Source of the DNA: Candidatus Zhuqueibacterota bacterium
Lineage (GTDB): Bacteria; Zhuqueibacterota; Zhuqueibacteria; Thermofontimicrobiales; Thermofontimicrobiaceae
Length of the DNA stretch: 64,000 nucleotides
Direction of reading: 5' to 3'
Assembly: GCA_049322915.1 (NCBI GenBank)
Contig: JBMOPW010000014.1
Span: forward strand, 64,001 to 128,000
Made by a program: the position numbers and the translations under genes. The notes beneath the pieces are model-generated. The model did not search any database, was not told where the DNA came from, and saw nothing but the letters and a program-made list of their open reading frames with translations. Position 1 is the stretch's first letter. Each line of letters starts with the position of its first letter. Shown here piece by piece: positions 47,079 through 56,401 of this stretch.

Positions 47079-49694
47079 ATGAGTAAAACGAGACGAGTGG
47101 TGAAATGGCTTCGGGGGATGGTCGTAGTGTTTATTTTTCTGGCGAGAATAACGCACGCCGGGGAATTGACAGTTAGCTGGAATGCCAACACAGAAAGCGA
47201 TTTGAAGGGCTACAAAATTTATTATGGAACCGCCTCGCAGAATTACAATACTGTCGTGGATGTGGGCAACGTCGTGAACTATTCGTTGAATGGTCTTGCT
47301 GAAGGTCAGGTTTACTTTTTTGCGGTGACAGCATACGACACGGCTCATAATGAAAGCGGCTTTTCCGAAGAAGTGAGCGCGCAGGTGCAAGTCAACGATG
47401 TTACGCCGCCCACATTATATGCCGTAGATGTGGTCAATGCCTCTTTATTATATCTCACCTTCAGCGAGGAAGTCGAACGGGCATCGGCGGAAAACGTGAG
47501 CAATTACCAGATCAATAACAATGTGACTATTCTTTCCGTTCGATTGGCGCAGGGCAATCGCATTGTACACATTGAGACTGCTCCGCATCAGGCTGGCGCG
47601 TATTCAATCGTTGTCAATAACATCAGGGACCTGGCGACGAGTCCCAACTCCATCGCAGCCAACAGTTCCCTCAGCTACGAATACATTCCGGATGATTTCA
47701 CGCCGCCGTCAATGACGGAAGTCCGAAGTGTCGATGAAACTCATGTGGATGTCACGTTCAGCGAGGAAATCGAACGATCGACGGCTGAGACTACCGGGAA
47801 TTTCAAGATCAACAATGGGATCACTATTCAGCAGGTCAGTCTGGATCAAAATAACAGAACGGTGCACCTCGTTACCAACGCCCATGAAAATGGAGTGACA
47901 TACATTCTCACGGTCAATAAAGTCCGTGACGTTTCAGTTCAACATAACGAGATACCGGCGAATTCGTCCCTTTCATACACCTATTATGCTGATGACAATG
48001 TCAGACCCTACATCTATTCGGTCACGATCCGAAATGAAAATTTGGTCGATGTTGTATTTTCTGAGAAAATAACTGAGGCGTCGGCTGAGGCAATATCAAA
48101 TTTTCAAATTAATAACAACATAGCTGTCCTCGTGGCAATACTGGACAATGATCAGAAAACGGTTCATCTGTCCACAACCTCACACCTTGCCGGGGGCAAT
48201 TATGTTCTGACGGTCAACAATATCATGGACATGGCGCAGGTACCCAATTCGATTTTGCCGAACAGCATTGTCAGTTACAGCTATAATCCGGATGATACAG
48301 CGCCACCTCAAATCTCCCTGACAGAGTCGGTGGACGCCACGCATTTGCGCCTCACCTTTTCAGAGGCTCTGGACCGCGAGAGCGCTGAACTTGAGAATAA
48401 TTATAAGATCAATAAAGGGGTCAGCGTCATCGAGGCTGTGCTGGATGCGAGCGCTAAAATTATCCAGCTTGTAACCACAGCGCATACCAGTGGAGAGACG
48501 TATGTCCTGACGATTAACAATGTGAAGGATCAGGCGCCGGCGCCCAATGCTATTGCAGCAAATACTACGGCGGAGTATACTTACATCTATCAGGATGTGG
48601 AACCGCCACAGGTGACCAATGTGGATTTGATCGATCTCACCCATCTGGAAATCACATTTAACGAAATCGTGGAAAGAGAGTCGGCGGAGTTGGTGGCAAA
48701 CTATTCCATTTCCGATGATATCCTGATTTTCGGCGCAGTGCTGGATAACGATTTGAAGATTGTCCAGTTGACAACGTCCGCGCATGAAGAAAATAAAACG
48801 TATACATTAACGGTGAATAAGGTGCGGGATCGCTCGGATCATCGGAATGAAATTGTCCCGAATTCTAATTTCATTTACTCGTTGGAATCGGTCACGGAAG
48901 AAAGGGTGGCGTACTTGAATAAAGAATCGTATCAGTTGGCCTATCTCAATGTGGGCGATGCCTATTATATCGACAGGGATTATACCATCACATCCATTCC
49001 GGACGCGATGACCGGGTTCATGTGGATTTCAACAGCCAATGACGATCGGGGGGAAAAGGAAGAGGGCTTCCTGTCTTTCAAGCTGAGTGAGACGTCAAAA
49101 GTCTATGTCGCCTATGACAGCCGGGCGGCGAATTATCCCAACTGGTTAGTCCGTGATTTTCATCGCGTTGGTAAAAGCATCGGCGTCAGTGAATACGCGA
49201 AAAACCTGGACCTGTGGGAGGGGGAATTTGATTCCGGCATGGTTGTGCTGGGCGGAAATATGGCTGAAGGATCCCAGGGAGTGGAGAGCATGTATGTCGT
49301 CCTGATTGAATCGGAAAATTCGCTACGACCGCAGACACCTGAAAATATGAGCGATCCGTCATCGCTGGGACCGGCGGATATGTTTTTGCTCTATCAGAAT
49401 TATCCCAATCCGTTCAATGCCGGAACCGAAATACGATTTCAGCTTCCGAAGAATGTGTATGTTGAGCTGACCATTTATAATATTCTTGGGCAAACGATTC
49501 GCACCCTGGTTCAGGGCCACAAAAACGCTGGCCATCATTTACTGCAATGGGACGGCAAAAACAGCGATGGCTTAATCGTGCCCAGTGGTGTTTACTTTTC
49601 ACGGCTCATCATCAAACGGCAGGAACTTCTCAAGGGACGTAATATCGACAGAATTCTTTATAATAATGTGCGCAAAATGCTGATGGTGAAATAG
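47079..49694 (+). CDS. Secreted FN3 + five Ig-like repeats + FlgD/T9SS-type tail protein
   Basis: Signal peptide; WNANTESDLKGYKIYYG FN3; five about 100-aa D.xPP..TFSE..AE..NY.I repeats starting near 47394, 47691, 47991, 48291, 48591; LYQNYPNPFN tail. Confidence 0.88.
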   Translation: MSKTRRVVKWLRGMVVVFIFLARITHAGELTVSWNANTESDLKGYKIYYGTASQNYNTVVDVGNVVNYSLNGLAEGQVYFFAVTAYDTAHNESGFSEEVSAQVQVNDVTPPTLYAVDVVNASLLYLTFSEEVERASAENVSNYQINNNVTILSVRLAQGNRIVHIETAPHQAGAYSIVVNNIRDLATSPNSIAANSSLSYEYIPDDFTPPSMTEVRSVDETHVDVTFSEEIERSTAETTGNFKINNGITIQQVSLDQNNRTVHLVTNAHENGVTYILTVNKVRDVSVQHNEIPANSSLSYTYYADDNVRPYIYSVTIRNENLVDVVFSEKITEASAEAISNFQINNNIAVLVAILDNDQKTVHLSTTSHLAGGNYVLTVNNIMDMAQVPNSILPNSIVSYSYNPDDTAPPQISLTESVDATHLRLTFSEALDRESAELENNYKINKGVSVIEAVLDASAKIIQLVTTAHTSGETYVLTINNVKDQAPAPNAIAANTTAEYTYIYQDVEPPQVTNVDLIDLTHLEITFNEIVERESAELVANYSISDDILIFGAVLDNDLKIVQLTTSAHEENKTYTLTVNKVRDRSDHRNEIVPNSNFIYSLESVTEERVAYLNKESYQLAYLNVGDAYYIDRDYTITSIPDAMTGFMWISTANDDRGEKEEGFLSFKLSETSKVYVAYDSRAANYPNWLVRDFHRVGKSIGVSEYAKNLDLWEGEFDSGMVVLGGNMAEGSQGVESMYVVLIESENSLRPQTPENMSDPSSLGPADMFLLYQNYPNPFNAGTEIRFQLPKNVYVELTIYNILGQTIRTLVQGHKNAGHHLLQWDGKNSDGLIVPSGVYFSRLIIKRQELLKGRNIDRILYNNVRKMLMVK

Positions 49695-49827
49695 CATGAA
49701 AAATGATTATGTCCATTTGATAATCAATGAATTAACATATTTCACCCGATTAACATATTAAATTTAAATACTGCAAAGTAGGATCGAAACCCTCAACATT
49801 GCAACTCCAATCAATCTCCCAATCATA

Positions 49828-49866
49828 ATAGAAAGACCTGGGGCAGGATGCTCCAGGTTTTTCTAT
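49828..49866 (+). terminator. Hairpin terminator
   Basis: atagaaagacctggggca/tgctccaggtttttctat stem with G-U pairs. Confidence 0.65.
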
Positions 49867-49920
49867 GACCGCAATTAAATTTATTTCACAATAATGTAAT
49901 ATAATTTTGATAAAAAAACG

Positions 49921-49949
49921 TTGACTAATAATATTTTATTTTCTATATT
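49921..49949 (+). promoter_or_regulatory. Putative sigma70 promoter of the polysaccharide locus
   Basis: TTGACT-N17-TATATT. Confidence 0.5.
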
Positions 49950-50137
49950 TTTACACTGTTTTGAAAAAAAATCATCTCTCGGAAAAACCACGTTCAGTGT
50001 GTTGGGCTCAATCAGCTTTTTTGATGAGACATATTTTAATTGCTCCTCAAATTTCAGATGATTGGATCAATGAAAATCGGTGCGAGCCCATTCCCAATAA
50101 AAGAAACAATTAATCGTAATTATCGCAAGAACAAACA

Positions 50138-52108
50138 ATGAAAAAAAATCAATTGAAAATCAGTGTTTTTGTATTGGCCATTATACACCTCGTGTCGTCC
50201 TTGCTTATGATAACCGATGCGCTTTCTCAAGAACCGTCCATTGTTCAGCAGGGCACCATGGAAGCAATTAGCAATCAAATGGCAATCCCCCAGACTCCTG
50301 TTCAGCAGCAGGAGGCGCTTTCAATTTTCGGTTATTCGTTTTTTCATTCGCCCCAGAATATCGATCGAATTCGGGCATTCAGCGGGCGCATGTTCCCGGA
50401 CGATTATCGGCTCGGGCCCGGAGATAGACTGGGCATATATTTGCTGGGAAAGACTCAGTTAAATTTCGACGTTGTCGTCAATGTGGAAGGTAAAATTTTC
50501 ATTCCGACGGTCGGGGTGCTTTTTGTCACCGGACTTTCAATCTCGGAATTTCAGGATGTCCTGAACCGGCACCTGGTAAAATACTATGATAATTTTTCAC
50601 TCAACATCATGCTCATCGAACCGAAGCAAGTCCCGGTCACTGTGGTGGGCGATGTTGAACGACCCGGGAAATACTACTTAAGTTCGTTGAATACAGTCCT
50701 CGATGCGGTGCTTGTGGCCGGTGGGCCGACACGAAGAGGCTCGCTGCGGAATATTCACGTTTACCGACAGGACAGCCTGTTCACAGTGGTGGACCTTTAC
50801 AAATTTTTAATGGAAGGCGAGACCAAGCAGCAGATATTTCTTCAACCTCACGATAAAATTGTCGTGCCGCTCATCGAGGCCATAGTTGCAGTTCGAGGCG
50901 AGGTGAAACGACCCGCCCGGTTCGAACTGAAGTTTGACGGAAAAGAACGACTCTCTGATCTGCTGACCCTGGCTGGAAATTTCACGGACCTGGCGTTCAA
51001 AGATAAAATTGAAATCAGCCGGCTCCTGAACAACGGGGAACGATTGGTGATGTATGTGGACTTTCGGCAGATTCAGGATGATGAGAATAACGCAGCCAAT
51101 ATCATCCTGAAGAATGAGGATCAAATTCAGGTTTTCTCCATTCTCGAACAGAGGTACCCGAAAAGTGTTTACATTCACGGTGAAGTGAAACGGCCGGGAC
51201 ACTATTCGTTTGAAGAAAATCTGCATCTGCTGGATCTGTTGCTCAAAGCCGGAAATTTAACCCGCAGCGCGTACATGCTCCGTTGCGAAGTCGCCAAAGT
51301 GGATCCCAAAGCGCCCACCGATATTCTCGCCATTGATTTACAGCAGGTGATCAATAATCCTTCGTCGCCGCAAAATATTTTACTGGAAGAGGACGACCGC
51401 GTTTTTATTCGGAGAATACCGGAATGGGAAGTAGGGCCAGTCATCGAAATAACCGGCGAAGTGCAGTTTGCCGGCATCTATGCCATTACCGAAGATAGCA
51501 CCACATTGTTCGACGTGATGACGCAAGCCGGCGGCTTCACGGACGAAGCACTGATCAGGGAAGCGAGTCTGATTCGGCGCAGCTCGACAATTAGCATTGA
51601 CAAAGAGTACGAACGCTTGAAGCAACTCCCCCGCGATCAGATGTCCGATACCGAGTACGAGTACCTGGTGATGAAGCAAAATAACCAGGACATCGGTCGC
51701 ATCGTCGTGGACTTTTTTCGATTGTGTATCAGCAAAGACCTGTCCGAAGACGTCCTGCTGGAAGATGGGGATATCATTCATGTGCCGAAAGCGCCCAAAG
51801 TGGTGTACGTGACCGGGAGGGTGTCGCGGCCGGGCGGCGTCGTCTATGTCCCGGGCAAAAATATCAAATATTATATCAAGAAGGCCGGCGGTGTCACCTG
51901 GGACGCCAAACGAAGGAGCACGAAAGTGACAAAAGTGACCGGCGAAATCCTGGACGATGAGGATGTATCCGACCTTCTGGCCGGCGATATCATCTGGGTG
52001 CCGCGCAAACCGGACCGGGATTGGTGGGAATTATTCCGCTACACAATCGCTGTCGTCGCTCAATTGGCCACAGTGTACATCGTGGTGGATAGTGCAGTCA
52101 ATAATTAA
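50138..52108 (+). CDS. Polysaccharide export protein with multiple SLBB domains (Wza/KpsD-like)
   Basis: YRLGPGD poly_export motif; repeated V.G.V.RPG.Y and AGG SLBB units. Confidence 0.92.
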   Translation: MKKNQLKISVFVLAIIHLVSSLLMITDALSQEPSIVQQGTMEAISNQMAIPQTPVQQQEALSIFGYSFFHSPQNIDRIRAFSGRMFPDDYRLGPGDRLGIYLLGKTQLNFDVVVNVEGKIFIPTVGVLFVTGLSISEFQDVLNRHLVKYYDNFSLNIMLIEPKQVPVTVVGDVERPGKYYLSSLNTVLDAVLVAGGPTRRGSLRNIHVYRQDSLFTVVDLYKFLMEGETKQQIFLQPHDKIVVPLIEAIVAVRGEVKRPARFELKFDGKERLSDLLTLAGNFTDLAFKDKIEISRLLNNGERLVMYVDFRQIQDDENNAANIILKNEDQIQVFSILEQRYPKSVYIHGEVKRPGHYSFEENLHLLDLLLKAGNLTRSAYMLRCEVAKVDPKAPTDILAIDLQQVINNPSSPQNILLEEDDRVFIRRIPEWEVGPVIEITGEVQFAGIYAITEDSTTLFDVMTQAGGFTDEALIREASLIRRSSTISIDKEYERLKQLPRDQMSDTEYEYLVMKQNNQDIGRIVVDFFRLCISKDLSEDVLLEDGDIIHVPKAPKVVYVTGRVSRPGGVVYVPGKNIKYYIKKAGGVTWDAKRRSTKVTKVTGEILDDEDVSDLLAGDIIWVPRKPDRDWWELFRYTIAVVAQLATVYIVVDSAVNN

Positions 52109-52123
52109 GAAAACATACGAATT

Positions 52124-53431
52124 ATGGATCATGAACAGAAAAAAGAAGTCGATTTGCTGGATTACCTCAATGTCATTGTGAAGCACAGAAGAGCCATCAT
52201 GAGGAATGTGCTCGTCGTTGCGTTGTTCATTGGTGTTGTGAGTTTTTTGCTGCCATCGACCTACACGGCGCGAACAACCATTTTGCCGCCAGAAGATCTT
52301 CAATCCCCCAGTATTCTGACTGAGCTTTCCAGTTCACCGTCGTTATCGAACCTGCTATTTACCGGCGCTGGAACGACGTCCGACCTCTACGTTGAAATTC
52401 TGAAGAGTCGTAGCGTGCTGGACGCTGTGCTGCAGAAAGAATTCAGTTACAGGAAAAGCAGTAAAAATCCCGGACAGCGGAAGCTCCTTTCCATTTTAAA
52501 ACAAAAGAGCCTGGAAAAAGGGCGGCTGCGACTTGCTTCCCGAATCCATGTGAAGTCATCCGCTGAGGGAATTATCACCCTCGACGTGGAATTAGGCGAT
52601 CGTCATTTAGCATCGGACGTTGCCAATGCGCTGGTAGTGGAATTGGATAAGATCAATAAGGAGAAGAATACCTCTCGCTCGAAAAATTCCAGAATCTATC
52701 TTGAAAACCAATTGAAGGACACGAAAGCCAAACTCAAGGACGCGTCCGAAGCGTTGGTCAAATTTAAAGAGAAATACAAAGCCATTGCCCTGGAAGAGCA
52801 GACGCAGACCGCGATCGAAAGCATCGGTGAGTTGAAAGGTCGCATCGTCGCCAAGAATGTTGAATTGGGAGTGGCGCGGCAGTCGATGAAGTCGGACAAT
52901 GTGGTGGTCGTGAAGATCAGAAAAGAAATCGAAGAACTGGAAAAGCAGTACAGAAATTTGCAGTTCGGCGACGACGATTCAACGACGTCCGAAAGAGAAA
53001 TTTATATTCCCATCGCTGATGTGCCGGCTGTGGGCCTGGAACTGGCCGAATTGGTTCGCGAGGAAAAAGTCCAGGAGACAGTTTGGGAATTGTTGAATCA
53101 ACAATATTATCAGGCAAAGCTGCAGGAAGCGCGGGATACGCCAACGATTCAGGTGCTGGACGAAGCGGTTCCACCGGAGCAGCGCACTAAGCCGAAGCGA
53201 AAAATCCTGGTTCTCGTCGGCAGCTTTCTGGCGTTAATATTGAGCATTTTTGGCGCCTTTGTCGTGGAGTTCGTCCATAACCTGAAGCAGGATGATTCGG
53301 CGCAGGGCAAGGCCATCGGTATTTCCAGCGCGCTCACATCGGATTGGATCCACATGAAGAACTACTCGCGTGCATTCATCCAGAAACTGAAATTCCGAAA
53401 AAAGAGCCGCTTCTCAGGATTGGATAGTTGA
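52124..53431 (+). CDS. Polysaccharide co-polymerase (Wzz/Wzc-like, no kinase domain)
   Basis: EVDLLDYL, P.TY.A.TTILPP, coiled coil, IQVLDEAVPPE..KPKR and second TM. Confidence 0.9.
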   Translation: MDHEQKKEVDLLDYLNVIVKHRRAIMRNVLVVALFIGVVSFLLPSTYTARTTILPPEDLQSPSILTELSSSPSLSNLLFTGAGTTSDLYVEILKSRSVLDAVLQKEFSYRKSSKNPGQRKLLSILKQKSLEKGRLRLASRIHVKSSAEGIITLDVELGDRHLASDVANALVVELDKINKEKNTSRSKNSRIYLENQLKDTKAKLKDASEALVKFKEKYKAIALEEQTQTAIESIGELKGRIVAKNVELGVARQSMKSDNVVVVKIRKEIEELEKQYRNLQFGDDDSTTSEREIYIPIADVPAVGLELAELVREEKVQETVWELLNQQYYQAKLQEARDTPTIQVLDEAVPPEQRTKPKRKILVLVGSFLALILSIFGAFVVEFVHNLKQDDSAQGKAIGISSALTSDWIHMKNYSRAFIQKLKFRKKSRFSGLDS

Positions 53432-53591
53432 ACCCCGGCAGGCCGGCGCAGTCAGTCCTGACAGTAAAAACCATTTGACCGATCCAATGGTTCGGGCGGA
53501 TGAATTGATGTGTCGAGCTTAAAATTAAGTCGGAAGAAGATTCCGGCTCAGATTGATTGTTACTTAAATTTCTAAAATGGATTTCTATAAT

Positions 53592-53743
53592 AGTATCAGC
53601 TCAATAAAAGATGGAAATGTCATTGCGAGGAACGTTTTTTGTGACGAAGCAATCCCTGGTTTACCCCGGGAGATTGCTTCGTCCCGATAAATCGGGACTT
53701 CGCAATGACACGTTTTCTTACCATAACTTATTGAGCAGATACT
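53592..53743. mobile_element. MITE-like element 1
   Basis: TIRs agtatcagctcaataa/ttattgagcagatact (15 of 16), flanked by TATAAT; internal tgtcattgcga..gaagcaatc/gattgcttc..tcgcaatgaca palindrome. Confidence 0.7.
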
Positions 53744-53749
53744 TATAAT

Positions 53750-53906
53750 AGTATCCACTCAATAAAATATGGTGGAATCCGTCTTGCCCGAATGCTTTTA
53801 TCGGGCATCCATTGAATCAGCGTGGATTCCCGCTAAGAGCATGCGGGAAAGACAACTATCACGTTATTTGTAACTTATAATTGCCCGAAAATATTGAGCA
53901 GATACT
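53750..53906. mobile_element. MITE-like element 2 (same TIR family, different interior)
   Basis: agtatccactcaata/tattgagcagatact, flanked by TATAAT; internal gcccga/tcgggc and cccgc/gcggg hairpins. Confidence 0.65.
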
Positions 53907-53925
53907 TATAATAAAATTTAGCTAT

Positions 53926-54033
53926 TTAACCCTACAACGTCACTTAGAATTATTAGTACAATATATCGTATTTTCTGACAACATAACATACAATATATTG
54001 TGCAGAACTTTCTAAATGACGTAGTAGGGTTAA
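53926..54033. repeat. Third MITE-like inverted repeat
   Basis: ttaaccctacaacgtcacttagaa vs ttctaaatgacgtagtagggttaa (22 of 24 complementary). Confidence 0.6.
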
Positions 54034-54206
54034 TTTCTAAAGACATATGGAGTGAAGCATCGACACAGTCGATGCACTCCATACTAAAATAATTCGTTAC
54101 ACGCTCATTTGACATTTCATTATTGAAATTCAGGTGTTAAATAATTCCGTAAAAACAGGCTTTGCCTGTAAATACTATTTTACCTTGACAATGGAATCGA
54201 TGTTTT

Positions 54207-54959
54207 ATGAAAGATCAGTTCATTGACAGTACCGTTAAAATTGGCTCGGAGACTACACTTGGCCACTTTGTCGTGATTGAGAAACAAGTTGAAATTGGAA
54301 AAAGCTGTACAATCGGCAGTCATGTTGTCATCCATGAAGGCACAGTGATTGGGGACAATGTCCGCATTGATGACAACACCGTAATAGGCAAGCAACCGAT
54401 GCGGGCGAAGCGGAGCATTTTCAAATCGGAGCCTGTTCCCCCTGCGAAAATCGGAAATCAATGCCTCATCGGCGCCCAGGCGGTCATTTACGCCGGGTGC
54501 GACATTGGTGATTTCGTGCTGGTGGCGGACACAGCCGCCATCCGCGAGAACGTGACGATCGGCGAATCGACCATCATTGGCCGGGGCGCCACAGTGGAGA
54601 ATGTGTGCAAAGTCGGTAAAAAATGCAAGCTGGAAACCGGCAGTTACATCACCGCCTACTCGGAGATTGGCGATTACTGCTTCATTGCTCCCTACGTGGT
54701 GACGACCAATGACAATTATCTGGGACGAAGCGAGGAGAGGTTCAAGCATTTTAAGGGCGTCACAGTGAAAAAAGGCGGCAGAATTGGCGGCGGCGCTGTT
54801 ATTCTGCCCGGTCGGGTGATTGGCGAAGATGCCGTGGTCGGCGCCGGATCCGTGGTGACGCGCGATGTGCCAGCGGGGCAAATATTTGTCGGCGCGCCGG
54901 CGAAATATTTCGGCGATACGCCGGAAGAGCAATTGTTGAAAAACCAGGGATGGGAGTGA
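54207..54959 (+). CDS. Hexapeptide-repeat N-acetyltransferase (WbpD/WlbB-like)
   Basis: Left-handed beta-helix repeats; FIAP.VVTTND; VGAGSVVTRDV..VGAPA. Confidence 0.88.
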   Translation: MKDQFIDSTVKIGSETTLGHFVVIEKQVEIGKSCTIGSHVVIHEGTVIGDNVRIDDNTVIGKQPMRAKRSIFKSEPVPPAKIGNQCLIGAQAVIYAGCDIGDFVLVADTAAIRENVTIGESTIIGRGATVENVCKVGKKCKLETGSYITAYSEIGDYCFIAPYVVTTNDNYLGRSEERFKHFKGVTVKKGGRIGGGAVILPGRVIGEDAVVGAGSVVTRDVPAGQIFVGAPAKYFGDTPEEQLLKNQGWE

Positions 54960-54960
54960 C

Positions 54961-56031
54961 ATGAAAATTGTGACCATCGTGGGCGCGCGACCGCAGTTCG
55001 TCAAGGCGGCGCCGGTATCTCAGGCCCTGCGCCGGCAATTCACCGAACTGATTTTGCACACGGGCCAGCATTATGATGAAAATATGTCCCGCGTGTTTTT
55101 CGATGAATTGGGAATTCCCCGGCCGGATAAAAATCTGGAAATTGGTTCGGATAGCCATGCGCGACAGACAGCAGCCATACTGGTTGGCGTGGAGCAATAT
55201 CTCGTGCAGGAAATGCCGGACCTCGTCATCGTGTACGGCGATACCAATTCCACACTGGCTGGCGCCGTGGCCGCAAGCAAGATGGGCGTCAGGATTGCGC
55301 ACATCGAAGCCGGGCTGCGGAGCTTCAACCGCGTCATGCCCGAAGAGATCAACAGAATTGTGGCCGATCGACTGGCCGATCTGCTTTTCTGTCCCACTCA
55401 GACTTCAGTGGAAAATCTGAGACACGAGGGCATGGTCACGGGCGTGCACAATGTCGGCGATGTGATGTTCGACGCGGCGCTGAAATTTTCTCCGCTCGCA
55501 GAATCGCGAAGCGCGATTCTCACCCGGCTGGAACTCAGTTCCAAACAATACTCGCTGTTGACGCTGCATCGGGCGGAAAATACCGACTCCCAAGAGCGAC
55601 TGACGGCCATTGTCTCCGCCATCCTTGCAGCAGAAGAAACCACTGTTTTTCCAGTCCACCCACGGACTGTCAAATATTTGAAACAGTATCAGTTGTATCA
55701 AAAACTGGAACAGTCGGATAATGTGCTGCTGACAGAGCCGGTAAGTTTTCTGGATATGATTTGCCTCGAGAAAAATGCCCGGCAGATACTGACCGATTCC
55801 GGGGGAGTGCAGAAAGAGGCGTATTTTTACCAGGTCCCCTGCATCACGCTGCGGGAGGAGACCGAATGGGTCGAAACCGTGACCGATGGCTGGAACTGCC
55901 TGGTAGGCGCAGATGCACAAAAGATCATTTCGGCGATTCAGAGCTTTTCCCCGAATACACCCCAAAAGGGACATTACGGCGATGGAACAGCAAGCGATAA
56001 AATTGTGGCTACGTTGAACTCCTGCGCTTAA
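54961..56031 (+). CDS. Non-hydrolysing UDP-GlcNAc 2-epimerase (WecB/WbpI-like)
   Basis: GARPQFVK, HTGQHYD, YGDTNST, HIEAGLRS, TDSGGVQKEA, ETEW. Confidence 0.93.
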   Translation: MKIVTIVGARPQFVKAAPVSQALRRQFTELILHTGQHYDENMSRVFFDELGIPRPDKNLEIGSDSHARQTAAILVGVEQYLVQEMPDLVIVYGDTNSTLAGAVAASKMGVRIAHIEAGLRSFNRVMPEEINRIVADRLADLLFCPTQTSVENLRHEGMVTGVHNVGDVMFDAALKFSPLAESRSAILTRLELSSKQYSLLTLHRAENTDSQERLTAIVSAILAAEETTVFPVHPRTVKYLKQYQLYQKLEQSDNVLLTEPVSFLDMICLEKNARQILTDSGGVQKEAYFYQVPCITLREETEWVETVTDGWNCLVGADAQKIISAIQSFSPNTPQKGHYGDGTASDKIVATLNSCA

Positions 56032-56401
56032 TTCATGATGTTGTTGATAAATCCCATTTCTCGAAAATTTATAATGTGTAAGGCCAATATTTAAGTTATG
56101 AAAATTGTAAAAAAGGGACTAAATCAACTACATCATTCACGTGTGGTTCACAAAATACCTGACTTGAATTTGAGAAAGTTTGCCTGACAGATTGATTGTG
56201 AAATGAATCCGGCGCGTGATGCTTTTATGCATCGCACGGCAGCCAAAACGTGGATAAAGGCGATGCGCTCCATAATTAACAATTTATTATGGCCAATAAA
56301 TTTTTGTTGTTTTGATAACTAACTATCACGGCACATCAATTAATACATCACATCAGAGATCATGCAAACCGATGTCCATTATTAAAATTGATGGAGGATG
56401 T

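Noticed and set aside
49980..50137. JUMPstart/ops element before the export gene
   Set aside because: No GGCGGTAG core.
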